DNA of 62,916 nt, filler included, from Octopus bimaculoides (GCF_001194135.2; 6 parts of 6 records of this genome joined end to end with filler, not necessarily neighbours in it); one strand, 5' to 3'. Counted from the whole stretch's first letter, positions 12,428 to 26,419 are shown. Notes: generated by a model not told the origin, from the letters alone. Translations and numbers: made by a program.

Positions 12428-15073
12428 GTCTGTCTCTCTGTCTACTTTGTATATCTTTCTTTCTCTGTTTGTCTTTCTACCTGTCTGTCTTTCTACCTGT
12501 CTCTCTGTCTATCCCCTAATGCTGTTGTTTTTCCCGAAAGCGTCTGCTTCCACTGATTATATTAAAGATCACACACACACATGTGTATACGCACACACAT
12601 ATATATGAATATATACATTCATACACACACACACACACACACACACAGACACACATACACACATATGTGTGTGTAAATATATATATATTTATTATTCATG
12701 TATGTATGCATATGCACCTAAACATAGACAGGCACCATTTCTCCACTAACTTAGCGTTGTCTGTAGAACATATTAGAAACTCAGTCTCCCGAGAACCGCC
12801 GCCGATCCTCGTGAAGTCTTTGATGTTACCACACAAATTATCAGGCTCTTCTCAATCAATATTAGCACATTTTTCAAACCCTCTATATACATGATGTGTC
12901 TGTCTTGAGATGATGGCGAGCATTTCGTATGCAAAGAAATACTAGTCTGATGGGGTTTGTTTTAAATTTTCTATCTCTGAAAATACGGAAGAGACACCGT
13001 AAAATATCTCATTAGAATATTAGAAATTCCGTCAATCACTCCCGTAAATTCCTATAGCTTTAGCCTTGCTTTCGGCCATCATCCTTGTGGGAGTTGTAGA
13101 CGAGCCTTGGTTCAGATCTTTCGAAGGATCTCCCATCTTTTGAAGTGGCTACAATCGATTCATTCCAGAAAAAAGATGACGGACAGAAAGTGCTCGAGAG
13201 AGATTAAACAGAGGGAGCAAAAGGGAGAGAGAGAGAGAGACAAAGCGAGTGGCAGAGAGAGAAGAGAGAGAGAGCGAGAGAGGGAGAGCGAAACAGAATC
13301 TATTCCAATGCAGGACTTACGAATTCATATATCGATCATAAGGATGAAAGTCAAATTTGACCTCGGTGTTATTTGAAGAACTAGAACAAATGATGTAAGC
13401 AAATATTTTTGACCTCTGACGATTTGTTCTATTCCCTACTACTTTATCGCTTCTAAAAGGGAAAGGTGCAAAGTTGTACACGGCAGGATTTGATCTCAGA
13501 TTGCTGACAGCTGGAAAAAATACCCCAGAAAAACAAAACAAAGAACAAACAAAAGAGAAACAAAAGGCATGGAATTCTCCGACAATCGCAACACTCTTAT
13601 AATCCGTGACCTAAACTATGAAGTAATCAACTGTGAACATTACGTTAATGAAATGTGAATAAGCGTTCTTTTATGTTTAATCTCTGAAAACCCTGAATTC
13701 ATATTAGAAACTTGCTACGTTATTTCTAATCCAGATGTACACATCGTTTAATGCTGATACCCTTTCAATATCATAGTTAATAATTGTTCTAATACTCATC
13801 TAACTTACATGCCTTGCCCTCCTTACCCCTGCAATTCCAAACGCATTCGTGATTGGTTTCTTTTGACCTTCTTGACCTCAAACTGGAACCGTATCAAGTT
13901 CAGCAATGAAAGCTGATTGCTAGAGAGAAATGTATGAGTCAACGTTGCTGAATACCAACACTGATGGAATGCGTAACGCTTTTGGAAACATGTTATACTT
14001 GAATTAATCACAAAGAATGGAGAAAGAGTGATAGAAAATAATAGGAAGAGAAAGCGAGAGAGAGAGAATGAACAGAGGGAGATATAGTAGGATAGCGATG
14101 GAAGTTACGATGCACAATTAAGTCTAAGGGCAAAATGCAGAAGACATGCCTAAAAAAAGGGAAAACAAATATCAGAGGATGGATCAAGGATAGAGTGGAA
14201 AAAGATTAAACGTTGAATAGTGAGTAAAGGTATGGAGTAGGAAAGAAGAAAGTGAAAAAGAAAAATCGAAAAACGATGGATATACAATAATTACAAAGAT
14301 AGGATAAAGACAGCAATTGGAAGAGGAATGAGAGGTTGGTGCGGTCGATGCATTTGCTAATACATAAATAAATAGATATATAAAATAACATAAATAATTG
14401 TGAGCAAATACTTACACATACGCACACTGCATAAACGTGCAGAGACACATACACACACACAGAAACATACACATGTCACACAAACATACTCATGTATATG
14501 CGTGAGTGTGTGTGTGTGTGTGTGTATGTGTGTGTGTGTATGCGTGTGTGCGTGTGTGTGTGCGTGTGTGTGTGTGTGTGTTACCAACAGGAAAAATGTC
14601 TAGGATAATGAATTAGTAGAAAAGAAAAGACATGGAATGGATGAAGGAATCATGCGATCGATATCCTGAAACATGAATAGTGAAAATATATACATACATT
14701 TATATTCATACTTATTTGTGTGTGTGTGTTTGTGTGTGTATATATACATTGATAACCTTATGCATGTATATATAAATATATATATACTTCAAATAATGGA
14801 TATAAACGAGATGAATTCCTACGGTTGTGAGAAGGAAAATGAATGGGTAAAGTGATGGAAAATATACAAATGCACTCAGAGTTGATGTAAAGAGAGCCGT
14901 CATCTTTTGTTTTTCACCCTTTTACCAAGCGTTGATGTTTTTCACTGTATTTCAGATTTTCTTCACCTATATGGATTTATTATGCATATACATACATACA
15001 TACATACATACATACATACATACATACATACATACATACATGCATACATACATGCATGCATGCATACATACAC

Positions 15074-15488
15074 TGTTGTTGTTGGCATTCCGTCGCTTAC
15101 GACGTCGAGGGTTCCAGTTGATCCGATCAACGGAACAGCCTGCTCGTGAAATTAACGTGCAAGTGGCTGAGCACTCCACAGACACGTGTACCCTTAACGT
15201 AGTTCTCGGGGATATTCAGCGTGACACAGTGTGACAAGGCTGACCCTTTGAATTACAGGCACAACAAATGCAAGAAGTAAGAGTGAGAGAAAGTTGTGGT
15301 GAAAGAGTACAGCAGAGTTCGCCCCCCCCCCTGCCNNNNNNNNNNNNNNNNNNNNNNNNNNNNNNNNNNNNNNNNNNNNNNNNNNNNNNNNNNNNNNNNN
15401 NNNNNNNNNNNNNNNNNNNNNNNNNNNNNNNNNNNNNNNNNNNNNNNNNNNNNNNNNNNNNNNNNNNNNNNNNNNCCATTGCGCCTCC
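15074..15488 (-). mobile_element. SINE family C inserted in a (CATA)n tract
   Basis: Nearly identical to 44960-45344 on both sides of an internal N gap. Confidence 0.88.
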
Positions 15489-15517
15489 ACTCATACATAT
15501 ATACATACATACATACA

Positions 15518-15548
<31 letters not shown>

Positions 15549-16024
15549 GTGTATATCTGCTATCTCTCTCTTTTTAATTTAGAATAAACCTTTGTGCAGC
15601 CACGACTTCGTAGCAAGGTTGTGAAGGAAAGTATCTTGATTTACCTGTCATCTTTTAAACCCTAGAAATGTCTCGCTGACTTTTATAGTCCCATATATCA
15701 TGATAATTTATACCATATGAAATAAGGATTAAATTTCCCTCCTCAGAATTCCAAAGTCAGCCATACTTTACTCCAGACAGGTTGTGTCTATGTGTATGTA
15801 TGTATGTATGTATGTATGTATGTATGTATACAATTATTCATTCTTATTTCAAATTTCTTGCCAATAGAGAAAATCTCCTTCGTTGAAATTTCAACAACAC
15901 CAGAGTATTTTTGTATGCATATATGTATGCATGCATGAATGTATATGTGCAAATTTGTATGTTTTGTTTTTTTGTATGTATCTTCATGCATATTGTTGCA
16001 TATCTAATCATCCTCTTATATATT

Positions 16025-16305
16025 TAAATGATAAACTTCTGGAAAGTTTTACTAAATTTTACATTTTCTGTGGTGGATTGGATCTGCAGTCTTCGAATCA
16101 GCTTTCTACTTTGTAGTCTTGAGAAGCCTTTTCTCTCCAGATTAGTATTTAAGCAGTGTGTTACATATCCTAGGGTTCCAATAATTACAGGTATAAACCT
16201 GAACTTGTAATATGGATAGATTTTTTTTCAATAGTTCAACATAGGTATTTTTTTCTCCCTGATCTTCAGCTTCATGTTGTTTGTATGCATGTCATTGTTC
16301 AGTTT
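16025..16305 (-). mobile_element. R4/Dong-type LINE C-terminal (RLE) relic
   Basis: NTYVELL..YPYYKFRFIPVIIGTLGYVTHCL...RKLIRRLQIQS...KTFQKFII*. Confidence 0.7.
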
Positions 16306-16309
16306 TCTG

Positions 16310-16696
16310 TGAAGTAAGTAGCTTGATTACCAACCACATGGTCCCGGGTTCAGTCCCACTGTGTGGCACCTTGGGCAAGTGCATTCTACTATAGCTTCGG
16401 GCCGACCAAAGCCTTGTGAGCGGATTTGGTAGACGGAAACTGATAGAAGCCCGTCATATATGTATACATATGTATATGTATGTGTGTATATATGTTTGTG
16501 TGTCTGTTTGTCCCATCCAACATCGCTTGACAACCGACGTCAGCGTGTTTACATTCCCGTAAACACACCAACGGTTCGGTTAAAGAGACAGTTAGAAAAA
16601 GTACTAGGCTTGCAAAGACTAAGTCCTGGGGTCGATTCGCTCGACTAAAGGTGGTGCTCCAGCATGGCCGCAGTCAAATGACTGAAACAAGTAAAA
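16310..16696 (+). mobile_element. SINE family A
   Basis: Body and tail to cagtcaaatgactgaaacaagtaaaag. Confidence 0.88.
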
Positions 16697-17528
16697 GTGT
16701 ATATATGCATATGTATGTATGAGTATATGTATTATGTATATGTATGTATGTATGTATTCATGTATGGTTGTATGTATATGTATATGCACATGAATTTGGA
16801 AGCTGGTAAACTCGAGAGCGTAAGGTGTTGGTTTCGACGTCTTGACCTGTTGATGTGCTGTGTTCTTGAGCAAATCATCATTCAGGCTATTTCTGTTCAT
16901 TCAACTAGCAGAAACGAATAATCCTTCGCTACGTTGAAGTAGGTAGGGAATATATGCTTCACAGAATCCTGGAAGCCAGCCTTACGCACCAATGGGTTGG
17001 GAACAACCTTTGTTCGTTTTGGGTGTATATATGCATGTGTATATATGTCGAAAGACTGCATCCTATAGCCATATCTGCTTTGGCATGGTTTCTAGGGCTG
17101 GACACAAAACCTAACACCAATCATTTTATCATATGTACTCGGTGCTTTCTTCGTGAGAACGCAATGAAGACTGCAAGACTAAGATCCATCTCGTCTTAGT
17201 GCGGTAGCAGTAGAACGTTATGGGATGATTTGAAGGGAGATGAAGGGAAACAAAATAAAAGTGACAACTGTCTTGAACGAATGAACTGACGCAATAATAA
17301 TTTTTTTATTTAAAAGCGTGGTACGTATTCTCTCCCTAGGTTACGGGGACGTAAATACACTTATACTGGTTGTCAAGCGATGGTGAAGCCAAACAGGTAT
17401 ACGACCACACACACAAACACACACGCATATAAGGGTAAAACACCCAATCTTTCTGCTGTTTTTTCTACTATATTGCGTTCAAAATTAACTTTCTTGTCTG
17501 TAAAATGTTTCTGAGTTTACGTCCCCAT

Positions 17529-17599
<71 letters not shown>

Positions 17600-18201
17600 A
17601 AATGTCGAACGACGTGAATGAGTGTTCAACACCGCATTGATGGATAAGATGTCTTTATTTGTAAATTTAGGCTACCGTTCGTTTTTTGTTAAGAAAAATA
17701 TCTCCCTATTACAACGGTTTTTCTAGCCGATAACATGGAGAAATGGTATTCGTCTCCATATAATGAAGAAAATTGCTTATTAATTAGCTTGGAAAGTGTA
17801 ACTTTTACTGAAAGAAAGCAAAGCATGTATTTCATAGTTTTGAAAATTCCTATAAATTCTAATTTTAATATATTATTATTACAATGTCCGTTTTTGTTTA
17901 CCAGCATTTATTATTGTATTTATAATTTATTATTATTGATTATTGCTTTATTTATAGCATTTATTATTGCTTCAACTAAATTTAATTCACTACATTTTTT
18001 CTGCATGTAAGTGTATTTTTGTCTTCTTACTGCCTTTTGTCTTTCCCTATTTCCGTCTCATGTTTGGTTCAGTTTTGTTTCCCACGTCTCACTTATTCTC
18101 ACTGTAGCTTTTTTTAACGTCTTACACACATCTCGTTCCCTTTCCAACTCTTTCTTGTTGCCGATATTAGTTATAACCTAAATTTCTTACAACTCTGTCT
18201 C

Positions 18202-18240
<39 letters not shown>

Positions 18241-18975
18241 ATTTCACTCACTCTCATTCTCCTTCACCCACTTCTATTCAAGTGTTACCATTTAAAATGA
18301 TTACAAAGATTTCGTTGAAATATTTAAATAATATTGGTATATTATTAAAACTGTTATACTCTAGTACAATTCGATTCAGACATATACACCGTATATATTT
18401 GGGTATTTAATATAAAAAATTCTTATTCTAAGACCTATGTACCAAACTTTTGGCAACGATTGTACATTGGACATTGTTATAGATACCATTGCTTTTGAAT
18501 TGCTGTATTTCGTTGGAGAGCATTTATCCCTGGAGGAGTAAACTTCGTAAGATGTAATTATTATGTTTTGAAAACTCCAAATTACAATATAAATGATTTG
18601 ATTCAGTTTTGAGGAAATAACATTTAATAAAAACATGAGTATAATCTCATTAAATATTAAATTATCACCGAATTAATTGTCTGTAAATTAGAATAAAAAT
18701 CTGTTTCTACATGATGTTTGTGTACTACAACTGAAATGCAGTATTCTGCTTAATTGTATATTCATTTAGTAAAATATTTATACATTATGACAAAAATGTG
18801 AGAAGTCAAATGTGTAGTTGTAGAAGGACAGTTTAGAATAACAGAAATAATAATACTTCGCAAAATACGTAGTGCACGAACAAGGTGGCATAAATTTCTT
18901 TTCGTTCTCATTATAATGCAAATTACTCCAAAAATTTAATAATAATATTTTTTTTTTGTTTGAAAATATATATTC

Positions 18976-19125
18976 TCAGGAACACAAACTTCTGGTTAGT
19001 CTGTGAGTTGCATACCCCAGATGTGCAATAATTACAGGTATAAATTTCAACTTGAAATCTGGATAGAGTAGCTGTAGATACCTCAATAGTTCTGCACAAA
19101 TATTTTCTTTTTCTCTATACATCTG
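18976..19125 (-). mobile_element. Second R4/Dong-type C-terminal relic
   Basis: EKENICAELLRYLQLLYPDFKLKFIPVIIAHLGYATH, homologous to 16025-16305. Confidence 0.7.
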
Positions 19126-19523
19126 TTTATATATACATACATATATATATATATATANNNNNNNNNNNNNNNNNNNNNNNNNNNNNNNNNNNNNNNNNNN
19201 NNNNNNNNNNNNNNNNNNNNNNNNNNNNNNNNNNNNNNNNNNNNNNNNNNNNNNNNNNNNNNNNNNNNNNNNNNNNNNNNNNNNNNNNNNNNNNNNNNNN
19301 NNNNNNNNNNNNNNNNNNNNNNNNNNNNNNNNNNNNNNNNNNNNNNNNNNNNNNNNNNNNNNNNNNNNNNNNNNNNNNNNNNNNNNNNNNNNNNNNNNNN
19401 NNNNNNNNNNNNNNNNNNNNNNNNNNNNNNNNNNNNNNNNNNNNNNNNNNNNNNNNNNNNNNNNNNNNNNNNNNNNNNNNNNNNNNNNNNNNNNNNNNNN
19501 NNNNNNNNNNNNNNNNNNNNNNN

Positions 19524-19560
<37 letters not shown>

Positions 19561-19599
19561 CATACATGCATACAACAATTACCCCAAAAGTATACTATC

Positions 19600-20125
19600 C
19601 ACTCCATTTATGAAAAAGAGACAGGATGAGGTCAATAAACTGTCCACAGTCTCTGTACCGTATGTGAAAGGCCTCTCCGAAAAGATACAAAAGATATGCG
19701 GCCCATATGACATTAGGACAGTATTCAAGAGTAATACAACACTTCGCAAAAATCTCCTTCGAATAAACCCACCAGTAGAAAAGAATATGACCAAAGACTG
19801 CGAGTACGCCATCCCATGTAGCTGTGGTAGGTTATACAAAAGGCGTAGCATGCAGCCACCTCAAAAGAAGGGTAGAGGAACATCACAAGGCTGTGACACG
19901 AGGAGTTATTGATAAATCGGGTATAGCTGATCATTTATGGAAGAATGGAGACCACCTCCCCCGGGGGAATGAAGTTAAAATAATAGACAGAGAACACCGC
20001 TGGAAAATACGAAAAGTAAAAGAAGCAGCACATATGCTAGGACACAAGAACCTCCTAAGCAGATCGAGGGCAGATATGAGCAACATATGGGAAGCGGTAT
20101 CAAGGAAGGATAGAAAAATATAAGA
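19600..20125 (+). mobile_element. Penelope-like element 3' relic (RT thumb + GIY-YIG endonuclease)
   Basis: VPYVKGLSEKIQKI...VFKSNTTLR, YAIPCSCGRLY, frameshift, RRVEEHHKAV...SGIADHLW...RKVKEAAHM. Confidence 0.88.
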
Positions 20126-20478
20126 TCTATAAGCCCTAAAATTCACTCCATAATTGCCGACGGGCATATGGCATAGTGGTTAAGAGAATAAGTACTTGGC
20201 TTACAAAGAATAAGTCCTGAGTTCGATTTGCTCGACTAAAGGCGGGGCTACACCGTGGCCGGAGTCAAATATCTGGAACAAGTAAAAGAATAAAAGAACA
20301 ATAGAATATATATAAAGTGAAGTAAATTGCCACTTGAATGTGGCTGACCCCTAGGATAATTGGATGTTACTGTTGCTTTTAGCCCCAGGAGGACATCTCC
20401 TCCAGCTGGCTTATCGACACACTTCTGTGTCCTGTTTGTTTTGCCAAGGGAAGTTATCCCTCTCATCGCGATCTGTAG

Positions 20479-20492
20479 AGATCGGAAGAGCG
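20479..20492 (+). other. Illumina adapter remnant AGATCGGAAGAGCG at a contig end
   Basis: Exact adapter prefix immediately before an N gap. Confidence 0.9.
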
Positions 20493-21795
20493 NNNNNNNN
20501 NNNNNNNNNNNNNNNNNNNNNNNNNNNNNNNNNNNNNNNNNNNNNNNNNNNNNNNNNNNNNNNNNNNNNNNNNNNNNNNNNNNNNNNNNNNNNNNNNNNN
20601 NNNNNNNNNNNNNNNNNNNNNNNNNNNNNNNNNNNNNNNNNNNNNNNNNNNNNNNNNNNNNNNNNNNNNNNNNNNNNNNNNNNNNNNNNNNNNNNNNNNN
20701 NNNNNNNNNNNNNNNNNNNNNNNNNNNNNNNNNNNNNNNNNNNNNNNNNNNNNNNNNNNNNNNNNNNNNNNNNNNNNNNNNNNNNNNNNNNNNNNNNNNN
20801 NNNNNNNNNNNNNNNNNNNNNNNNNNNNNNNNNNNNNNNNNNNNNNNNNNNNNNNNNNNNNNNNNNNNNNNNNNNNNNNNNNNNNNNNNNNNNNNNNNNN
20901 NNNNNNNNNNNNNNNNNNNNNNNNNNNNNNNNNNNNNNNNNNNNNNNNNNNNNNNNNNNNNNNNNNNNNNNNNNNNNNNNNNNNNNNNNNNNNNNNNNNN
21001 NNNNNNNNNNNNNNNNNNNNNNNNNNNNNNNNNNNNNNNNNNNNNNNNNNNNNNNNNNNNNNNNNNNNNNNNNNNNNNNNNNNNNNNNNNNNNNNNNNNN
21101 NNNNNNNNNNNNNNNNNNNNNNNNNNNNNNNNNNNNNNNNNNNNNNNNNNNNNNNNNNNNNNNNNNNNNNNNNNNNNNNNNNNNNNNNNNNNNNNNNNNN
21201 NNNNNNNNNNNNNNNNNNNNNNNNNNNNNNNNNNNNNNNNNNNNNNNNNNNNNNNNNNNNNNNNNNNNNNNNNNNNNNNNNNNNNNNNNNNNNNNNNNNN
21301 NNNNNNNNNNNNNNNNNNNNNNNNNNNNNNNNNNNNNNNNNNNNNNNNNNNNNNNNNNNNNNNNNNNNNNNNGAAAGCTAAAATATATATATACTTACTG
21401 TACAAGCAACTTACATTTTTGAAGTCATATTCACTTAAAACTATTTCTAAATGGTTAAAATATTACGTTTAACAAAAGCGAAAATAGAAACATTTACACT
21501 AAAAAGCAAATTCTATTTTTTTGTTGACAAATCACTGTGTCTAATCAAAAGGTAAGAGATTCTTGCCTTTCTGGCTTAAGTTATTTACGGAGAATTTTTT
21601 CATTATGTACCGTTTGGGGTATTTATACCCCGAAAGCCCCTAATATCTCAATAACCAGTTGTCCTATTTACGCGAAATTTATTTTGTTCTGTTTGTATTC
21701 AGATTTCAAGTGAACATAATTCATAGTATCTTCTCACTATGCGTCATTTTGGTTGGGTAACATTGCAAGCAAGCAAGACTCAAGCTCACTTTTAA

Positions 21796-21838
<43 letters not shown>

Positions 21839-22344
21839 AAGGTAGAAGAGAAAGAAGGCAACAAACGGAAACCAACAAAATACATGTGGAAAAATAGACG
21901 ATATAGCACAACAAATGATAAACAGAACAAAGCAAGAATCATGGATCATCCGCAGCCAATTTCCTCATTAGTTGGAGTCCGGAAAGTCCTTGTTGTTTCG
22001 CCCCCTTATCTCTGTGACAACTTGAATCCGCCGGGTGCCAGGGACTTAAGCTAAAAGAATTACTCCTCCGGGAAAGGCAAACGAATGTATACAAGAAAGA
22101 AAACAGGAACAGAAACAAAAACGAGAAGCTAAATTTATACACGTACAACAGAACACTTTCGGCTATACAATAGAAGCGAAAATTTTTTGTACATAAAGGA
22201 AATACAGATAAATAACAGATAGGGTCTTTCGACTATCGGACGACCGTAACGTTATGAAAAAAAAAATGGAAGAGCAACGGAAAAAGAATAATATATGTAC
22301 ATTGAACAATCGCCTTTCGGCTATACAGCAAACGGAAAATGATT

Positions 22345-22444
22345 NNNNNNNNNNNNNNNNNNNNNNNNNNNNNNNNNNNNNNNNNNNNTTAATTAATTAA
22401 NNNNNNNNNNNNNNNNNNNNNNNNNNNNNNNNNNNNNNNNNNNN
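22345..22444. other. Artificial scaffold spacer: 44 N + TTAATTAATTAA + 44 N
   Basis: Identical 100-nt construct also at 34156-34255, 42643-42742, 49909-50008 and 56436-56535. The 12-mer gives stops in all six frames. Confidence 0.97.
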
Positions 22445-22492
22445 TAGAACTGTGATGGTTGGATTATTAGTTGACAACATGTAGCTCTATGC

Positions 22493-22501
22493 TGCTGCTT
22501 C

Positions 22502-22538
<37 letters not shown>

Positions 22539-22612
22539 TCATCATCATCATCATCACCAGCAGCATCATCATCATCATTGCTGTTATTATTATTATCATC
22601 ATTATTATTATT
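22493..22612. repeat. Compound trinucleotide microsatellite (CAA)n(CAT)n(TAT)n
   Basis: Read directly from the sequence. Confidence 0.95.
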
Positions 22613-22689
22613 GTTTAATGCTCATTTTCCATGCCAGTCTGACAGGAGCTGATAAGCCAGAAGACTGCATCAGGCTTCACTGACTGTTT

Positions 22690-23040
22690 TGGTATGGTTT
22701 TATGACTGGATGCCCTTCCTGATGCCAACCATTTTACAGAGTGGACTGGGTGCTTTATACATGACACCAGCTCCAGCTAGGTCTGTTTTGGCATGGTTTT
22801 TATGGCTTGATGTCCTTCCTAACATCAACCACTTCACAGAGTGGATTGGATGCTTTTTACATGGCACCAGCACAGGCAAGGTGTTTTGGCATAGTTTTTA
22901 TGGCTGGATGCTCTTCCTGATGCCAACCACTTTACAAAGTGATCTGGGTGCTTTTTATGTGGCACCAGCACCGGTGAAGTCTGCTTTGGCATGGTGCTTA
23001 CAGTTGGATGCCCTTCCAAATGTGAATGCCTTTCCTGTCA
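22690..23040. repeat. ~99-bp tandem repeat, 3.5 units
   Basis: Unit ttttatggctggatgcccttcctgatgccaacc...ggcaccagc...tttggcatgg at about 22697, 22797, 22895 and 22996. Related copy near 23268. Confidence 0.8.
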
Positions 23041-23544
23041 CCAACCCTCATCTGTTTCCAAGCAAGGTAATATTTCCCTATTGGTCAGACATGTTTTCAT
23101 GGAAAATTGGAAATGATGGACAACTGACATTTAATGATAAGACCAGGAGGCACAAACACACCTACACCCATGCACCCCCCATCCCCACGCACACACACGG
23201 GTCATCATCATCTAATGTCCACTTTTCCATGCTTGCATCGGTCTGAGAGAATTTCTTGAGGCAAATTTTTTATGGCTGCATGCCTTTCCTGTTGCTAACC
23301 ATTACCTAGCTCATTTCCAAGCAAGGTAATATTTCCCCATGGCTTAACCATGAATCTACATGGTGTATCTGTACAGGTCAGGCCAAGATTTTTTGAGGGT
23401 GACAAGTGGTTTCCCATGCATGCAAGCCTCCTCTTTTAACACCATTGACACAGTTAGGCATCAGTGTTGTCAGAATTCAAAGGGCCAGAACAAATAAACA
23501 AATACCACAAGGTATCTCACCCGGTCCTTTAACAGTTCTGCCAA

Positions 23545-23695
23545 GCCATTGATGCGGATTGGCACTTTTATAATTGACTCATAAAGGATGAAAGGAAAAT
23601 TGACCTGGGTGGGATTTGAACTCAAAGCACAGAGAATTGGAAAACATACAACAAAACATTTCATCCAATGCTCTAACAACTCTGCCAGCAAGTCA
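23545..23695 (-). mobile_element. SINE family B, CpG-decayed, about 45 nt into LZIC intron 4
   Basis: gctggcagagttgttag...gagttcaaatccc...cctttcatcc. Confidence 0.75.
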
Positions 23696-23737
23696 ACTTA
23701 ACACAACAAAGGACAAATGTCAAAGTGCAATACTTGC

Positions 23738-23915
23738 CCATCGTCATGGCAACTTCCTCAAACTGTTTCATTGAGGCACTTGAGTTACTCAGTAAATAAG
23801 ATGATTCGTCGGATGTTAGTTCCTCTCCCAGATTCTTCAATGCTGTCAGAATCTCCACAGTCTGTTGTTTGGCTTGGTCAGCAGGTATTTTACCAATTTT
23901 AGTATCGCGTTGAAT
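23738..23915 (-). CDS. LZIC: LZIC coding exon 4 (178 nt): IQRDTKIGKIPADQAKQQTVEILTALKNLGEELTSDESSYLLSNSSASMKQFEEVAMTM+G
   Basis: Acceptor ttttctttgagatag|. Aligns ungapped to human MDRDLMVGK...QQKVEILTALRKLGEKLT...QFEKVSTDL. Ends at a putative GC donor G|gcaagt, so the 3' boundary is less certain than the 5' one. Confidence 0.92.
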
Positions 23916-24704
23916 CTATCTCAAAGAAAAGAAAATAAACAAAAAAAAAAGCAAATACAAACAACTGATCAATACTTAGATGCCAGAGCAAAAGTTAGAG
24001 AGCAATTAGTGATTTAGTTTCAGTTAATTTTGGACATGATGAAAAATTTAGCAAAATTTGGTTATATTTTTGATCTGGTGTTTGCAAAATAAATTAACCT
24101 GAAAATTTGAGGGAAGGTTTTTAATTTAGATCACTTGAAAACAAGAAGTTTGTATCATCAAATCAGGGATGGTCTCAGACAGGTTCATATCAAAGGGTTA
24201 GAGACCAGTGTTTCAAGAACTGAATCAATGTTTCCACAACTAACCAGTAAGACATCTCACCAGTATTTAGATAATTGACCAATGGTCCGACAACTGTAAT
24301 AATAGAAAACTGACTAATGACAAGACAACTGCCCAATGGTTATACTATGAACAGTTGGCGACACGACTAACCAATAGTTACACAGTTGACCAATAATTAG
24401 ACAATTATTCAATAATTAGGAGCTTTTTTTTACTAAAGATTTTTCATAGATCACAGTTAAACAGTTTTCTCAAAAACTGAAGTGAAGGCTAGCATGTTGT
24501 TCTGCTTTAGAGAATTTTATTTTTCTGCTGTAACTCTTTTTGGTATTTCATTTCTTTTTTTCCAGCCTACAATATTTTAGATTGTTATCAAATCTGAAAC
24601 AATCCTTCTACTTGTACAATTACATACAACTAATTACAAAGTTATATATTTATAGATGAGTATGCAGCTGTGTGGAAGTGGGGTATTTTAGCTGTTGAAA
24701 GATA

Positions 24705-25035
24705 TTGGGTCATCCCATAAATAATGCGGCTTATTTATACTTCTTTTATATTTCAAAATTAAGATAAACAAAGTTCTTATTTAATCTAAAATATACACTC
24801 CTTCATTTTCTACAATGCTCTTCCAAAATTCACTTGTCTGTGATGAAAAATACTCATCCAGTACTGTTCTGACCTTGTCTACAGAATTTATATTTTTTTC
24901 ATCCAAATAATTTTGAAGACTGCAGAATAAATGATAATCAGATGGGGCAATGTCCTGGACTGGGAAGTGGTTCCACGAAGGATTACAGGGAGCACAAAAA
25001 GTGGGAAAGGAATATGTGCAGTTTTACTTGCATAT
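24705..25035 (-). mobile_element. mariner transposon 3' relic in LZIC intron 3
   Basis: DIAPSDYHLFCSLQNYL...EFWKSIVENEGVYILD* followed by a terminal repeat reading ttgggtcatcccataaataatgcgg on the plus strand next to TA (24703-24704). Confidence 0.85.
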
Positions 25036-25626
25036 AATCACAGTATCCGAGAAATAGTTATGTGTGTATGCATATATATATANNNNNNNNNNNNNNNNNN
25101 NNNNNNNNNNNNNNNNNNNNNNNNNNNNNNNNNNNNNNNNNNNNNNNNNNNNNNNNNNNNNNNNNNNNNNNNNNNNNNNNNNNNNNNNNNNNNNNNNNNN
25201 NNNNNNNNNNNNNNNNNNNNNNNNNNNNNNNNNNNNNNNNNNNNNNNNNNNNNNNNNNNNNNNNNNNNNNNNNNNNNNNNNNNNNNNNNNNNNNNNNNNN
25301 NNNNNNNNNNNNNNNNNNNNNNNNNNNNNNNNNNNNNNNNNNNNNNNNNNNNNNNNNNNNNNNNNNNNNNNNNNNNNNNNNNNNNNNNNNNNNNNNNNNN
25401 NNNNNNNNNNNNNNNNNNNNNNNNNNNNNNNNNNNNNNNNNNNNNNNNNNNNNNNNNNNNNNNNNNNNNNNNNNNNNNNNNNNNNNNNNNNNNNNNNNNN
25501 NNNNNNNNNNNNNNNNNNNNNNNNNNNNNNNNNNNNNNNNNNNNNNNNNNNNNNNNNNNNNNNNNNNNNNNNNNNNNNNNNNNNNNNNNNNNNNNNNNNN
25601 NNNNNNNNNNNNNNNNNNNNNNNNNN

Positions 25627-25673
<47 letters not shown>

Positions 25674-25742
25674 ATGTATGTATACACACACATGTATATA
25701 TTTATATAGATACATGTGTGCATGTGCATGTATATAATATCA

Positions 25743-26320
<578 letters not shown>

Positions 26321-26419
26321 ATAATATATTTATAAATATTTATATTCAGTATAAATCAATATTAAATAGAATTGATTTTAGTATAATATAGATGTAATAT
26401 TGATTTCAATACAATAATG

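Noticed and set aside
12750-13200. Coding-looking unique sequence (MGDPSKDLNQGSS...)
   Set aside because: All frames close within about 55 codons, and there is no recognisable family or consistent splice pair.
18490-18545. Candidate LZIC terminal exons (18.5 kb ctcctccag|, 12.98 kb tattttcag|, 21.8-22.0 kb)
   Set aside because: The phase-1 translations show no similarity to the LZIC C-terminus, and all lie across an artificial spacer.
22389-22400. TTAATTAATTAA as a recurring biological motif
   Set aside because: Always centred in exactly 44+44 N, so it is an inserted linker.
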